From Candidatus Methylomirabilota bacterium (GTDB lineage: Bacteria > Methylomirabilota > Methylomirabilia > Rokubacteriales > CSP1-6): a stretch of 29,357 bases of DNA. Both the position numbers and the translations under genes were made by a program. Where the stretch lies: assembly GCA_046726415.1 (NCBI GenBank), contig JBKPAK010000281.1, positions 1 through 29,357 on the forward strand. The letters are read 5' to 3'. The notes under the pieces are model-generated. The model saw only the letters and a program-made list of their open reading frames with translations. It was not told the DNA's origin and did not search any database. Positions 9,870 to 20,900 of the stretch are shown here, piece by piece; the stretch's first letter is position 1, and every line of letters starts with the position of its first letter.

Positions 9870-10604
9870 CTACTTGGGCACGACGCGGTCTCGGACCTCG
9901 ATCTGGGACCCGGGGTGGACGTTCTGAATCTCCGCCAGGGAGAATCGATCGCGAAGCTCCACCACCTTGGCCGTCGCCACCTCCTCGTCCAGCTCGCCGA
10001 GTTTTTCGCCGGTCACCGGGTGCACGATTGGCACCTTGTCGCGCCGGATACTCACCATGCTCCCCGGTCGCAAGCCGTCGGAAGCCGTGAGATCGATGGC
10101 CACGCGCGTGGTGTCGATGTGCACGACATACCCCCGCTTGGGAATCTCGATGGCCGGCGGCGGGGCGGGAGCAGGTCCGCTGACCGCCGCGCGGGCCGGC
10201 GTGGCCGGCGGCGCGGTCTGGCTTGCCGTGGGAGTGGTTCCCCCCACCGGCCGAGGTGACGCCGCTGACTGGTACGGCACGCCTTGGCGCGGGCTGATCT
10301 TGCCCCCCCCGGGCGGAGGCCCGTACTTGGCGACGATCTCCGGCGGAGCGAGGATCGACCCCGTTCCGCGAATGAGTGTCTTGAAGCTCGTGGGGACCTT
10401 GTCCTCCTCGACCCAGACGTACTCAGGCTCGCTCGGGATGTCGCCGTAGCGCGAGTTCTGGATGAGCAACCATCGCGTCTCGGCCGACTTGAGCTCGGAC
10501 GGCTCGCCGACCACGCTCAGCCCGGCGACCTTGCGCACGGTATCGCATCCGGTGAGCACCACGACAAGGGTGAGAAACAGCGAGAGGATGCGCGCCTTCG
10601 TCAT
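9870..10604 (-). CDS. Lipoprotein with C-terminal FlgT-C-like domain
   Basis: MTKARILSLFLTLVVVLTGC lipobox; Pro/Ala linker; IDL...GLRPG...HPVTGEKLG...FSLA. Start trimmed from ORF 9870..11078. Confidence 0.75.
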   Translation of the reverse strand: MTKARILSLFLTLVVVLTGCDTVRKVAGLSVVGEPSELKSAETRWLLIQNSRYGDIPSEPEYVWVEEDKVPTSFKTLIRGTGSILAPPEIVAKYGPPPGGGKISPRQGVPYQSAASPRPVGGTTPTASQTAPPATPARAAVSGPAPAPPPAIEIPKRGYVVHIDTTRVAIDLTASDGLRPGSMVSIRRDKVPIVHPVTGEKLGELDEEVATAKVVELRDRFSLAEIQNVHPGSQIEVRDRVVPK

Positions 10605-10645
10605 GCGCGGCTTACCATAGCACACCCGGATCAGTCTTCGCGGGA

Positions 10646-11452
10646 TCAGTCTTCGATCAGCGGTTCCCAGGGGAAGCGCTGCTCCTCGGCGACAGCCTCC
10701 AGGACCAGGGGCTGCCGCCGTGAGAACAGAGCCGTGCCGGTGACGGCGGAGATGTAGGTCACGTCGAGGAACAGCGTCCCGCGGCGCTCCAGGAGGATGG
10801 GGACGAGCCAGCCGACCACCTCGAGATTGCGGGCGATCTGCGCCGCCCGCGCCGGCCGCGCCAGCACCTCCTCCACGCGCATCCCTCCGGTGGCGAACAT
10901 GTCCGCCACCGCGAACGGATCCACGACCTGGAAGCGCTTGCTCCGCTCCAACACGCTGGCGAACAGGTAGGGGACGCGCCGAACGTCGGCGGTGCCGCCG
11001 GTGAGGTCGAGCAGGGGCGTCACCGCCACCTTGATGCGGCCGCGGCTGATCCGGACCCCATCCTCCGCGCGCGGCCACGGCCGATTGGGGTGCGGCACGA
11101 AGAGGGCCTCCGAGAACTCGGCCGAGACGGTCCGGATCTGCGCATGCCCGAGAATGTTCTCGTAGTAGCCGAGCATCTTGCCGGTAACCGGATGGTGGAA
11201 CGGCTCGCCCCGGCGGAACACGGCGAATTCCTGGCCCGCCTGCACGCCCGTCTGGTCCCCGAGGTCGAGGTACACCGTCTCCCCCTCGATGGCCACGATC
11301 ACGCCCTGCAGCGGCTCGAACGCCTTCACGAACTCCCCGGACATGAGGGTGAAGGTCGCCCCGATGCGATCGGCGAGCCCGGCGTCGGCCGCCGGCACCG
11401 CGAGCAGGGTGAGGACTACCCAGCCGAACAGGGTCCCGGTGGTCCGGCTCAC
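10646..11452 (-). CDS. Exported protein with FlgT-C-like domain plus alpha/beta (CsgG/TolB-N-like) domain
   Basis: Signal peptide ending in ADA; YLDLG...GVQAG...[20 protein letters not shown] start overlaps the stop of the upstream mutase gene (GTGA). Confidence 0.7.
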   Translation of the reverse strand: MSRTTGTLFGWVVLTLLAVPAADAGLADRIGATFTLMSGEFVKAFEPLQGVIVAIEGETVYLDLGDQTGVQAGQEFAVFRRGEPFHHPVTGKMLGYYENILGHAQIRTVSAEFSEALFVPHPNRPWPRAEDGVRISRGRIKVAVTPLLDLTGGTADVRRVPYLFASVLERSKRFQVVDPFAVADMFATGGMRVEEVLARPARAAQIARNLEVVGWLVPILLERRGTLFLDVTYISAVTGTALFSRRQPLVLEAVAEEQRFPWEPLIED

Positions 11453-13025
11453 ACCGTCACCGTCGGCTGGTAGGTCCCGAACTCGCCGCGCAACCGCTCG
11501 CAGATCTCGCCCAAGGTCACGAGAGCCTCCACGGCCTCCACGATGAGCGGCATGAGGTTGGCGCCTCCCCTGGCGGCCTCGGCCAGCGAGTCGAGCGCTC
11601 GGTCGGCTCGGTCGCGATCTCGTCGCGCCCTCAGCCGGAGGACCCGCTCGCGCAGCGCCTTGCCCAGGGCCGCGTCGACCTGGAAGAGGTTTCCCGGCGG
11701 AGGCTCATCGGTGACGAACTCGTTCACGCCGACCACGATCCGCGCCCCCTCCTCGATCTCCCGCTGGTATCGGTAGGCCGCCTCGTGGATCTCCCGCTGC
11801 ATGAAGGCGATGGCGGTCACCGCGCCGCCAAGCTGGTCGATCGTGGCCAGGTAGGCGCTGGCCGCCTCCTCGATCTCCCGCGTGAGCCGCTCGACCGCGA
11901 AGGACCCGCCCAGGGGGTCGACGGTGGCGGCCACGCCCGATTCGTGGGCGAGGATTTGCTGGGTGCGCAAGGCGATGCGCACGGCCCTCTCGGTGGGGAG
12001 CGAGAGGGCCTCGTCCATGGAGTTCGTATGCAGGGACTGGCACCCGCCGAGCACGGCGGCCAGGGCCTGCACGGCGACCCGGACGATGTTGTTCTCGGGT
12101 TGCTGGGCGGTCAGCATGCTCCCCGCGGTCTGGGCGTGGAAGCGCAGCATGAACGAGCGCGGGTCGCGCGCGCCGAAGCGGTCCCGCATGAGGCGCGCCC
12201 ACAGGGTGCGGGCGGCGCGGAACTTGGCGACCTCCTCCACGAGGTCGTTGTGCGCGTTGAAGAAGAAGGACAGCTGCGGCGCGAAATCGTCCACCGCCAG
12301 GCCGGCGGCGCGGGCGGCCTCGACATAGGCGATCGCGTTGGCGAGGGTGAAGGCCACCTCCTGCACGGCCGTGCAGCCGGCCTCTCGTATGTGATAGCCA
12401 GAAATCGAGATGGTGTTCCAGCGCGGTACCTCGCGGCGGCAATAGGCGAAGAGATCGGTGATGAGCCGCATCGAGGGGCCGGGCGGAAAGATGTACGTCC
12501 CCCGCGCGATGTATTCCTTCAGGATGTCGTTCTGCACGGTGCCGGTCAGCTGGGTGCTCGACACGCCCTGCCGCCGGGCCACGGCGACGTAGAGGGCCAA
12601 CAGGATCGACGCGGTGGCGTTGATGGTCATGGAGGTCGACACCCGGTCGAGGGGGATGCCGTGAAAGAGATCCTCCATGTCCTCCAGCGACGCGATGGAG
12701 ACGCCGACCTTGCCGACCTCTCCATACGCGAGGGGCGCGTCGGGGTCGTAGCCCATCTGGGTGGGAAGATCGAAGGCCACCGAGAGCCCCGTCTGGCCTT
12801 GCTCGAGAAGAAAGCGATACCGCTTGTTCGTCTCCGCGGCCGAGCCGAATCCGGCGTACTGCCGCATGGTCCAGAGCCGCGAGCGATACATGGTCGGATG
12901 GATGCCACGGGTGTACGGGAACTCGCCGGGCGCGCTGGGCGGCGGATCGGCCACGGGCTCGTAGGTGGCCGGGATCGGCGTCCCCCAGGACGTCGTGGGC
13001 GCCGGACGCTGGCGACCGGTCTCGC

Positions 13026-13029
<4 letters not shown>
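11449..13029 (-). CDS. Methylmalonyl-CoA mutase, large (substrate-binding) subunit
   Basis: [56 protein letters not shown]; no DxHxxG B12-binding domain. GTG start overlaps the carboxylase stop. Confidence 0.92.
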
Positions 13030-14576
<1,547 letters not shown>

Positions 14577-14597
14577 GAGTTGGTGCTTTCTCCGCGA

Positions 14598-14627
14598 AGT
14601 ATAGAAAGGGCCCGCTCAGAAAGTCAA
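14598..14627 (-). promoter_or_regulatory. Sigma70-like promoter for the pccB operon
   Basis: Minus strand TTGACT (14627-14622)-N18-TATACT (14603-14598). Confidence 0.65.
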
Positions 14628-14635
14628 CGGATTTA

Positions 14636-14663
14636 TTGACTTTTGTGTGCATTCGCCGATAAT
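14636..14663 (+). promoter_or_regulatory. Sigma70-like promoter for the DUF948/YtxH pair
   Basis: TTGACT (14636-14641)-N16-GATAAT (14658-14663), 8 nt before ATG 14672. Confidence 0.6.
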
Positions 14664-14671
14664 CGACGGCC

Positions 14672-15064
14672 ATGGACCTGTGGTGGCAGATCCCGGTCGT
14701 GCTGTGCGCGGTGGCGCTGACCGTGGCTCTGGTGGCCACCGTCGTGGCCCTGCGGCAGACGCTCCGGCGGGCGGAGCGGCTCCTGACCGCGTTCGAGCAG
14801 GAAGTCGCGCCGACCCTGGTCGCGCTGCGAGGACTGACCGAGGAAGCGAAAGCGGCGACCCGCGAGGCCCGGATGACCGCGGTACGCCTGTCGACCATGA
14901 TCGAGCGCGCTCATCAGGTGTCTGAGGGGTTGGGAACTCTGGTGATGGGCCTGTGGGGACTCACCCGCGCAGGTCAGATCATGGGGATCGCGGCGGCCAT
15001 CCGGAAGGGCATCGATGTCTTCGTCCAGCGACTGGCAACGCCGACGGGAGGCAATCATGGCTAG
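14672..15064 (+). CDS. DUF948/YoxC-like membrane-anchored coiled-coil protein
   Basis: N-terminal TM helix followed by a helical region; overlaps a YtxH-like gene, a common pairing. Confidence 0.7.
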   Translation: MDLWWQIPVVLCAVALTVALVATVVALRQTLRRAERLLTAFEQEVAPTLVALRGLTEEAKAATREARMTAVRLSTMIERAHQVSEGLGTLVMGLWGLTRAGQIMGIAAAIRKGIDVFVQRLATPTGGNHG

Positions 15065-15380
15065 CGAGCGCGGCGGCGGACGGTTTCTTTCCTTTCTGCT
15101 GGGGGCGGTGGCCGGCGCGGCCGCGGCTCTTCTCTTGACACCGCGGTCCGGTCACGAGGCGCGCGAGTACATCGCCGAGCGAGGCAACGAGATGGGTGAG
15201 ACGGTTGCCCGCCGGGCGCACCATTTCGCGGCCGACGTGCAGAGTCGAGCGGGCACCTGGCTCGACCGCGGGCGTGACCTGCTGGAGGCGGAGACGCGGC
15301 GCCTGCGCGACGCCTTCGACGCGGGACGAGAGGCCGTACGCGCCGAGATCCGCCGGAGCAGCGAAACGCCTGAGCGGTGA
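15057..15380 (+). CDS. YtxH-domain protein
   Basis: GGAGG RBS before ATG 15057; FLLGAVAGAAAALLLTPRSGHEAR signature. Confidence 0.85.
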   Translation: MASERGGGRFLSFLLGAVAGAAAALLLTPRSGHEAREYIAERGNEMGETVARRAHHFAADVQSRAGTWLDRGRDLLEAETRRLRDAFDAGREAVRAEIRRSSETPER

Positions 15381-15389
15381 CACCAGGCG

Positions 15390-15677
15390 TCAGCGACTGG
15401 GCCTCGTGTATCCCTTCGCCTGCATGCAGGTGACGTAAGCCTCGTACCCGCGGCCGGCGAAGTCACCCTCGCGACCAGGGATTCCGGCAGTTCCCGCATG
15501 GACCTGTGGCCGACGCTGCAAGCCAGCAGCGGCCAGACATTCCGACTCATCCGCCTCGAGCGCCGCCGGAGTCGCTCCCGGCTTCTCCCAGTTGCGCTCG
15601 GCGGAGCTCGCGCACGCTCCCAGGCCCAGCGCGACCCCGATGAGCCATACGCACGGCCGGGTTCCGCGCGGGATCAC
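15390..15677 (-). CDS. Small hypothetical lipoprotein
   Basis: LGAC lipobox, then WEKPG...ADESEC...CMQAKGY two-Cys pattern; start codon uncertain. Confidence 0.65.
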   Translation of the reverse strand: MIPRGTRPCVWLIGVALGLGACASSAERNWEKPGATPAALEADESECLAAAGLQRRPQVHAGTAGIPGREGDFAGRGYEAYVTCMQAKGYTRPSR

Positions 15678-15759
15678 GACACCCTGGCTACACCGAGGCC
15701 ACGCGGGCCATCGGTCTTTGCCCACATGACACTGGGTCGGAGCATGACGAGCGAAGCGG

Positions 15760-17142
15760 TCAAATGTGGATGGCGTGTCCGAGCGCTCCGAGGGTCGCCT
15801 CGAGGCTCGCCTCGGACAGCGTGGGATGGGCGTGGATCGTATGGATGATCTCCTCCAGGGTGGCTTCGAGAGTCCGCCCCAGGGAGAATTCGTGAATGAT
15901 CTCCGTCGCCTCCGGACCAAGGATGTGAACGCCGCGGATCTCGCCCGTGCTCTTGTCTGCGACGACCTTGACGAAGCCGTCGGTCTCGCCCAGGGCCACC
16001 GCCTTCCCGCTGGCCGTGAAGGGGAACTTCCCCACGGTCAACTCGCGTCCGCCCTCCTTGGCCTGCACCTCGGTGAGGCCGAGGGACGCGACCTGGGGAC
16101 GGCAGTAGGTACACGACGGCACGTTCCCGTAGTCGACCGGGCGCGGATCTCGACCGGCAATGGCCTCGGCGGCGACCACCCCCTCGGCCATGGCCTTGTG
16201 GGCGAGCAGCTGGCGTCCCGTCGCATCCCCGATGGCATAGAGTCCAGAGATCGATGTCTCCATGCGCGGGGTGACGGCGATGAAGCCGCGGTCGAGCTTC
16301 ACGCCCAGCTTCTCCAGCCCGATCCCGTCAAGCCGCGCCTTGCGGCCCACCGCCATCAGCAGCTGGTCGGCCTCTACATTTCCCCCGTCAGTCTCCACGA
16401 CCACGCCGGCGGCGCCCACGTTCACGGCCGCGACCTTGATGCCGGTCCGGAGAGCGATGCCTCGGCGAGTGAGGCTGCGGGCGAGCTGCGCCGAAACCTC
16501 TTCGTCTTCGATGGGGAGGATACGCGACAGCGCTTCGAGCAAGGTCACCTGGGTGCCGTATGCGCTGTAGACGTCGGCGAACTCCACTCCCACCGCTCCG
16601 GCGCCAATGATGACCAGGGACCGCGGCGCCTGCTCCCGCCGCACCGCCCCGTTGGAGGACAGGACCCGTTCCTCGTCGATGGTGACGCCCGGGAGGGACC
16701 TGGGCTCCGAACCGGTGGCGACGATCACCGCGCGCGCCTGGATCCGCTCGGATCCGCTCGACCCCGCGATGTCGATGGTCGTGGGGCTCGTCAGGCTGCC
16801 CCGCCCCGGGAACAGCGCCACCTTGTTTTTCTTGAAGAGGAACTCCACGCCCTTGGCCATGCGGTCGGCCACGCGCCGACTCCGGCGGATGGCCTCCGCA
16901 TAGTCGGCTTCGAAGCCGTTCACGCGAATGCCGAACTCCGCGGCGCGATGGAAGAGGTGGACGATCTCGGCATTGCGAAGGAGCGCCTTCGTGGGAATGC
17001 ATCCCCAGTTCAGACACACACCACCCGGGCGATCGTCTTCCACGGCGGCCACGGACAGGCCGAGCTGCGCACAGCGGATGGCCCCCACGTAGCCGCCAGG
17101 GCCCGTCCCCAGCACTGCCACGTCGAACGCATGCGTGGCCAT
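15760..17142 (-). CDS. lpdA: Dihydrolipoamide dehydrogenase (E3)
   Basis: GTGPGGY FAD motif, GGVCLNWGCIPTK redox disulfide, GAGAVGVE NAD motif, HAHPTLSE. Confidence 0.97.
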   Translation of the reverse strand: MATHAFDVAVLGTGPGGYVGAIRCAQLGLSVAAVEDDRPGGVCLNWGCIPTKALLRNAEIVHLFHRAAEFGIRVNGFEADYAEAIRRSRRVADRMAKGVEFLFKKNKVALFPGRGSLTSPTTIDIAGSSGSERIQARAVIVATGSEPRSLPGVTIDEERVLSSNGAVRREQAPRSLVIIGAGAVGVEFADVYSAYGTQVTLLEALSRILPIEDEEVSAQLARSLTRRGIALRTGIKVAAVNVGAAGVVVETDGGNVEADQLLMAVGRKARLDGIGLEKLGVKLDRGFIAVTPRMETSISGLYAIGDATGRQLLAHKAMAEGVVAAEAIAGRDPRPVDYGNVPSCTYCRPQVASLGLTEVQAKEGGRELTVGKFPFTASGKAVALGETDGFVKVVADKSTGEIRGVHILGPEATEIIHEFSLGRTLEATLEEIIHTIHAHPTLSEASLEATLGALGHAIHI

Positions 17143-17149
17143 TGCCGGA

Positions 17150-18544
17150 TCAGGCGACCAGCCGGAGCGGCTCTTCGAGCAACCGCTTGAGCTCTTGCAG
17201 GAAGCGGGCGCCCATGGCGCCGTCCATGACCCGATGGTCACACGACAAGGTGAGCATCATTCGCCGTCCGGTGGTGAGCTCACCTCCTTCGTCGACGACC
17301 GGGACGCGGCGGACCGATCCCACGGCGAGAATGGCGCCCTCGGGCGGGTTGATGATCGCCGAGAACTCCGTGACGTTGTACATCCCCAGATTGGAGATCG
17401 AGAAGGTGGCCCCGGATAGCTCCAGCGCCCGGAGCTTGCGGGCGCGCGCCCGCTCGGTCAGGTCTCGCGACTCCACCGCGATCTGGGTCAGGGATTTGGC
17501 CTGGCAGTCGCGCAGGACGGGCGTGATGAGGCCCTCGTCGAGGGCCACCGCGATGCCGAGATGCGCCCGGTGGTACACCCGGATGCTCTCGCCCTGGAAC
17601 GACGCATTGATGCCAGGGTGTTTCACGAGGGCAAGCGCGCAGGCGCGCACCACGAGATCGTTGACCGAAATCTTCGCCTGACCGTCCAGGGCGTTGAGCT
17701 CTTCGCGCAGCGCCCATGCCCGATCCATCGCCACTTCGGTGCTGACGTAGAAGTGTGGGACCGGCGCCTTGGCCAGGGCCATGCGCTTGGCGATGGTGGC
17801 GCGCATGGGCGAGAGCGGAAGGTCCTCGAACTCGGCCTCGGTCGGACCGGCTGCGGCGGGCATCGGCGCTGCGGCAGCCGCCGCCTCCACGTCCCGGCGC
17901 ACGACGCGACCGCCCGGGCCACTTCCCTGGACCTGCGCGAGGTCGACGCCCCACTGAGCCGCGATCTTCCGGGCAAGAGGCGAGGCCTTGATCCGCACCT
18001 GACCTACCGGGGCTGGACTCGGGACGGGGGTGAGCACCGGCCGTGGCGGAGCTGGCTGCACCGGCGATAGCACCGGCCGTGCGGGAGCTGGCTGCACCGG
18101 AGGTGCCGCCGGCCGTGAGGGAGCTGGCTGCACGGGCGGTGCCGCCGGCCGTGGCGGAGCTGGTTGGGCCGGCGGTGCGCCCCCCGATGTCGGAACCCCG
18201 GCGGGAGTGGTCTCGGGCTCCGCTGGGCGAGTCGGAGCCGTCGCCGCACTCTCCGATGCGCTGGGGGAGGCAGCCTCAGCGATCATGGCCGAGATGTCAT
18301 CGCTGGGCTCGGCGATCACGCCGATGAGCGCCCCTACAGGCACCTGCCCACCCGCGGGGACGATGATCTTGCGGAGGATGCCTGAACCGAAGGCCTCCAT
18401 CTCGACATCGGCCTTGTCCGTCTCGACCTCGGCTACGATATCCCCCCCCTGGATGCGATCGCCCTCCTGCTTGAGCCACTTGATGATCTTTCCGGTCTCC
18501 ATGGCCTCGGAGAGCTTGGGCATGACCACCTTGGTCACAGCCAC
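17150..18544 (-). CDS. pdhC: Pyruvate dehydrogenase E2, dihydrolipoamide acetyltransferase
   Basis: Single lipoyl domain (VETDKADVE), E3-binding ASPLARK...GSGPGGRV, catalytic DHRVMDG. Confidence 0.95.
   Translation of the reverse strand: MAVTKVVMPKLSEAMETGKIIKWLKQEGDRIQGGDIVAEVETDKADVEMEAFGSGILRKIIVPAGGQVPVGALIGVIAEPSDDISAMIAEAASPSASESAATAPTRPAEPETTPAGVPTSGGAPPAQPAPPRPAAPPVQPAPSRPAAPPVQPAPARPVLSPVQPAPPRPVLTPVPSPAPVGQVRIKASPLARKIAAQWGVDLAQVQGSGPGGRVVRRDVEAAAAAAPMPAAAGPTEAEFEDLPLSPMRATIAKRMALAKAPVPHFYVSTEVAMDRAWALREELNALDGQAKISVNDLVVRACALALVKHPGINASFQGESIRVYHRAHLGIAVALDEGLITPVLRDCQAKSLTQIAVESRDLTERARARKLRALELSGATFSISNLGMYNVTEFSAIINPPEGAILAVGSVRRVPVVDEGGELTTGRRMMLTLSCDHRVMDGAMGARFLQELKRLLEEPLRLVA
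18033..18177 (-). repeat. Four degenerate 36-bp coding tandem repeats in the E2 linker
   Basis: CCGGCCGT recurs at 18037, 18073, 18109 and 18145; encodes PPAQPAPPRPAA / PPVQPAPSRPAA / PPVQPAPARPVL / SPVQPAPPRPVL. Confidence 0.85.
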
Positions 18545-18547
18545 GGG

Positions 18548-19543
18548 CTAGCTCCGGCCCCCGTTCGCGTAGCAGACACGGCGGATGGCGTCGATGATCT
18601 TCTGCTTGGTGGGCGTCTTCAGCTGCTCGAGATTGCGGGCATACGGCATGGGGGCGTTGGCGCCGGTGACGCGCTCGACGGGCGCGTCGAGGTCGTCGAA
18701 GGCCTGCTCCGTGATGAAGGAGGCGATCTCCGAGCCCATGCCGGCAAAGCCCGCGCCGGCTTCCACCACCACCGCGCGATGCGTCTTCCTGACGGAACCG
18801 ATGATCATTGGGGCGTCCATGGGGCGCAAGGTTCGCGGGTCGACGATCTCGATCTCGATCCCCTCCTTGGACAGTTCCTCGGCCGCCTCCAGTGCCCGGT
18901 AGAGCATCCCCATGTAGGCCACCACCGTGGCGTCCCGCCCTTCGCGCCGGACGACCGCTTGTCCGAGAGGGACCACGAAGTCCGGATCCTCGGACACCTC
19001 GCCCTTGATGGCGTAGAGCGTCTCGGACTCGATGAAGATCACCGGGTTGTCGTCGCGGATGGCCGCTTTGAGAAGTCCCTTGGCGTCCAGCGGTGTCGAA
19101 GGGCGGACGACCTTCAGTCCGGGCACGTGATAGAAGTAGCTCTCCATCGACTGCGAATGCTGCGCGGCCAGCTGGTGCGCCGGCCCGCCGGGCCCGCGGA
19201 TCACGATGGGGACGTGATACTGGCCGCCCGACATGTAGTGGACCTTGGCCGCTGTGTTGACGATCTGATCCAGAGCCAGCAGGGCGAAGTTGAAGGTCAT
19301 CATCTCGACCACGGGCCGGAGCCCGACCATGGCCGCCCCGATGCCCAACCCGGTGAAGCCCGACTCGGCGATGGGGGTGTCCACCACGCGCAGGGGACCG
19401 AACTCCTTGAGGAGCCCCTGAGTCACCTTATACGCCCCCTCGTAGAGGCCCACCTCCTCGCCGAGGATGAAGACGCGCGGGTCGCGATGCATCTCCTCGC
19501 GGAGCGCCAGGTTGAGCGCTTCCCGATAGGTCATCACCGCCAT
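18548..19543 (-). CDS. pdhB: Pyruvate dehydrogenase E1 beta subunit
   Basis: TYREAL, GEEVG...GAYKVT, DTPIAESGF, EMMTFNF, AAQHSQ, FDDLDAPV. Confidence 0.96.
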   Translation of the reverse strand: MAVMTYREALNLALREEMHRDPRVFILGEEVGLYEGAYKVTQGLLKEFGPLRVVDTPIAESGFTGLGIGAAMVGLRPVVEMMTFNFALLALDQIVNTAAKVHYMSGGQYHVPIVIRGPGGPAHQLAAQHSQSMESYFYHVPGLKVVRPSTPLDAKGLLKAAIRDDNPVIFIESETLYAIKGEVSEDPDFVVPLGQAVVRREGRDATVVAYMGMLYRALEAAEELSKEGIEIEIVDPRTLRPMDAPMIIGSVRKTHRAVVVEAGAGFAGMGSEIASFITEQAFDDLDAPVERVTGANAPMPYARNLEQLKTPTKQKIIDAIRRVCYANGGRS

Positions 19544-19547
19544 TGCG

Positions 19548-20570
19548 TCAGTCCTTGTAGATGTCGGTGAACAGCCACTCCGCCGGCGGCTCGGGTGAAG
19601 CCTCGGCGAAGGCAACCGCCTCGTCGATGCGATCGTTGATATCCTTTTCGATGGCCCGGATGTCGGCCTCGCCGAGCCATCCCTCGGCCAGAACGCGCTC
19701 GCGGAAGAGCGCGATGGGATCGCGCAACTTCTCGCGTTCCACCTCCTCCTTCGTCCGGTACACGGCGCCGGCCGGATCGCGCATGGAGTGCCCGCGGAAG
19801 CGGTAGGTGCGCGCTTCGATGAGGCTGGGAACGCTGTCCGTCCGCGCCCGCGCCACCGCCCTGGCGACCACGTCGCGCACGCTCAGCACATCCATCCCGT
19901 CCACCGACTCGCACGGCATGTTGTAGCTGTTGCCGAATTTCCAGATCTCCGGCTCCGCCAGAGCGCGCTCGACGGAGGTTCCCATGGCATAGCCGTTGTT
20001 CTCGCAGATGTAGACGACGGGAAGCTTCCACAGCATGGCGAGGTTCAGGGACTCGTGGAATTCCCCCTGGGGAACGGCCCCATCGCCGAAATAGCACAGG
20101 ATGACCTGGTCGCCCCCCTGGTACTTGATGGCGAAGCCGACCCCGGTGGCCAGGGGAAGATGCGACCCCACGATGGCGTGCCCACCCAGGAAATTGACCG
20201 ATCGGTCGAAGAGGTGCATCGATCCGCCCTTGCCCTTGCACAGGCCGTCCCGGCGCCCATACAGCTCGGCCATGGCCCGCCGTGGGTCGGAGCCCTTGGC
20301 CAGACAGTGACCGTGCTCGCGGTAGGCCGCCACCGCGTAGTCGTCGGGCCGCAGCACCGAGGTGGCCCCGACGGCCACCGCCTCCTCGCCGATGTAGAGG
20401 TGCAGGAATCCGCCGATCTTGCCCATGGCGTAGCCCTCGGCCGCCTTTTCCTCGAAGCGCCGGATCAGCATCATCTCGGAGAGCAGCCGCCGAGCCAGCT
20501 CGCTGTCCACCTCGGTCGACGGCGTGGCGGCCGGGCGCTGCGCCCGCGCGGTTTCACGTGTCTGAGCCAT
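19548..20570 (-). CDS. pdhA: Pyruvate dehydrogenase E1 alpha subunit
   Basis: IGGFLHLYIGEEA, GKGGSMH, GDGA...ENN TPP motif, YRFRGHSM; GGAGG-type RBS upstream. Confidence 0.96.
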   Translation of the reverse strand: MAQTRETARAQRPAATPSTEVDSELARRLLSEMMLIRRFEEKAAEGYAMGKIGGFLHLYIGEEAVAVGATSVLRPDDYAVAAYREHGHCLAKGSDPRRAMAELYGRRDGLCKGKGGSMHLFDRSVNFLGGHAIVGSHLPLATGVGFAIKYQGGDQVILCYFGDGAVPQGEFHESLNLAMLWKLPVVYICENNGYAMGTSVERALAEPEIWKFGNSYNMPCESVDGMDVLSVRDVVARAVARARTDSVPSLIEARTYRFRGHSMRDPAGAVYRTKEEVEREKLRDPIALFRERVLAEGWLGEADIRAIEKDINDRIDEAVAFAEASPEPPAEWLFTDIYKD

Positions 20571-20594
20571 GTTTTTCTCCCGCCCCTCCTTCCG

Positions 20595-20897
20595 CTACCA
20601 GCGCATGAGGCTCAGATCGTCGACGGAGAGCCGCGTGCGAAGCCGGAAGATCGCAACGATGATGGCGAGTCCGACCGCGACTTCCGCCGCGGCCACCGCC
20701 ATCACGAAGAATACGAGAACCTGTCCCTCAAGGTTACCAAGCCGGTGCGCGAAGGCCACCAGCGCGAGGTTAGCGGCGTTCAGCATCAGCTCGATGGACA
20801 TGAAGATGACGAGCGGATTGCGGCGGATGACCACGCCGATCACGCCGATGGCGAACAGGATCGCCGAGAGTGCCGTGTAGTACGTCTCCGGGATCAT
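20595..20897 (-). CDS. nuoK: NADH-quinone oxidoreductase subunit K
   Basis: RRN...MSIELMLNA...[12 protein letters not shown], 100 aa. Confidence 0.96.
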   Translation of the reverse strand: MIPETYYTALSAILFAIGVIGVVIRRNPLVIFMSIELMLNAANLALVAFAHRLGNLEGQVLVFFVMAVAAAEVAVGLAIIVAIFRLRTRLSVDDLSLMRW

Positions 20898-20900
20898 GGC

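Noticed and set aside
3155..11452. Flagellar or type IV pilus gene cluster
   Set aside because: Only FlgT-C-like and TPR domains are present, with no core flagellar or pilus genes in the window.
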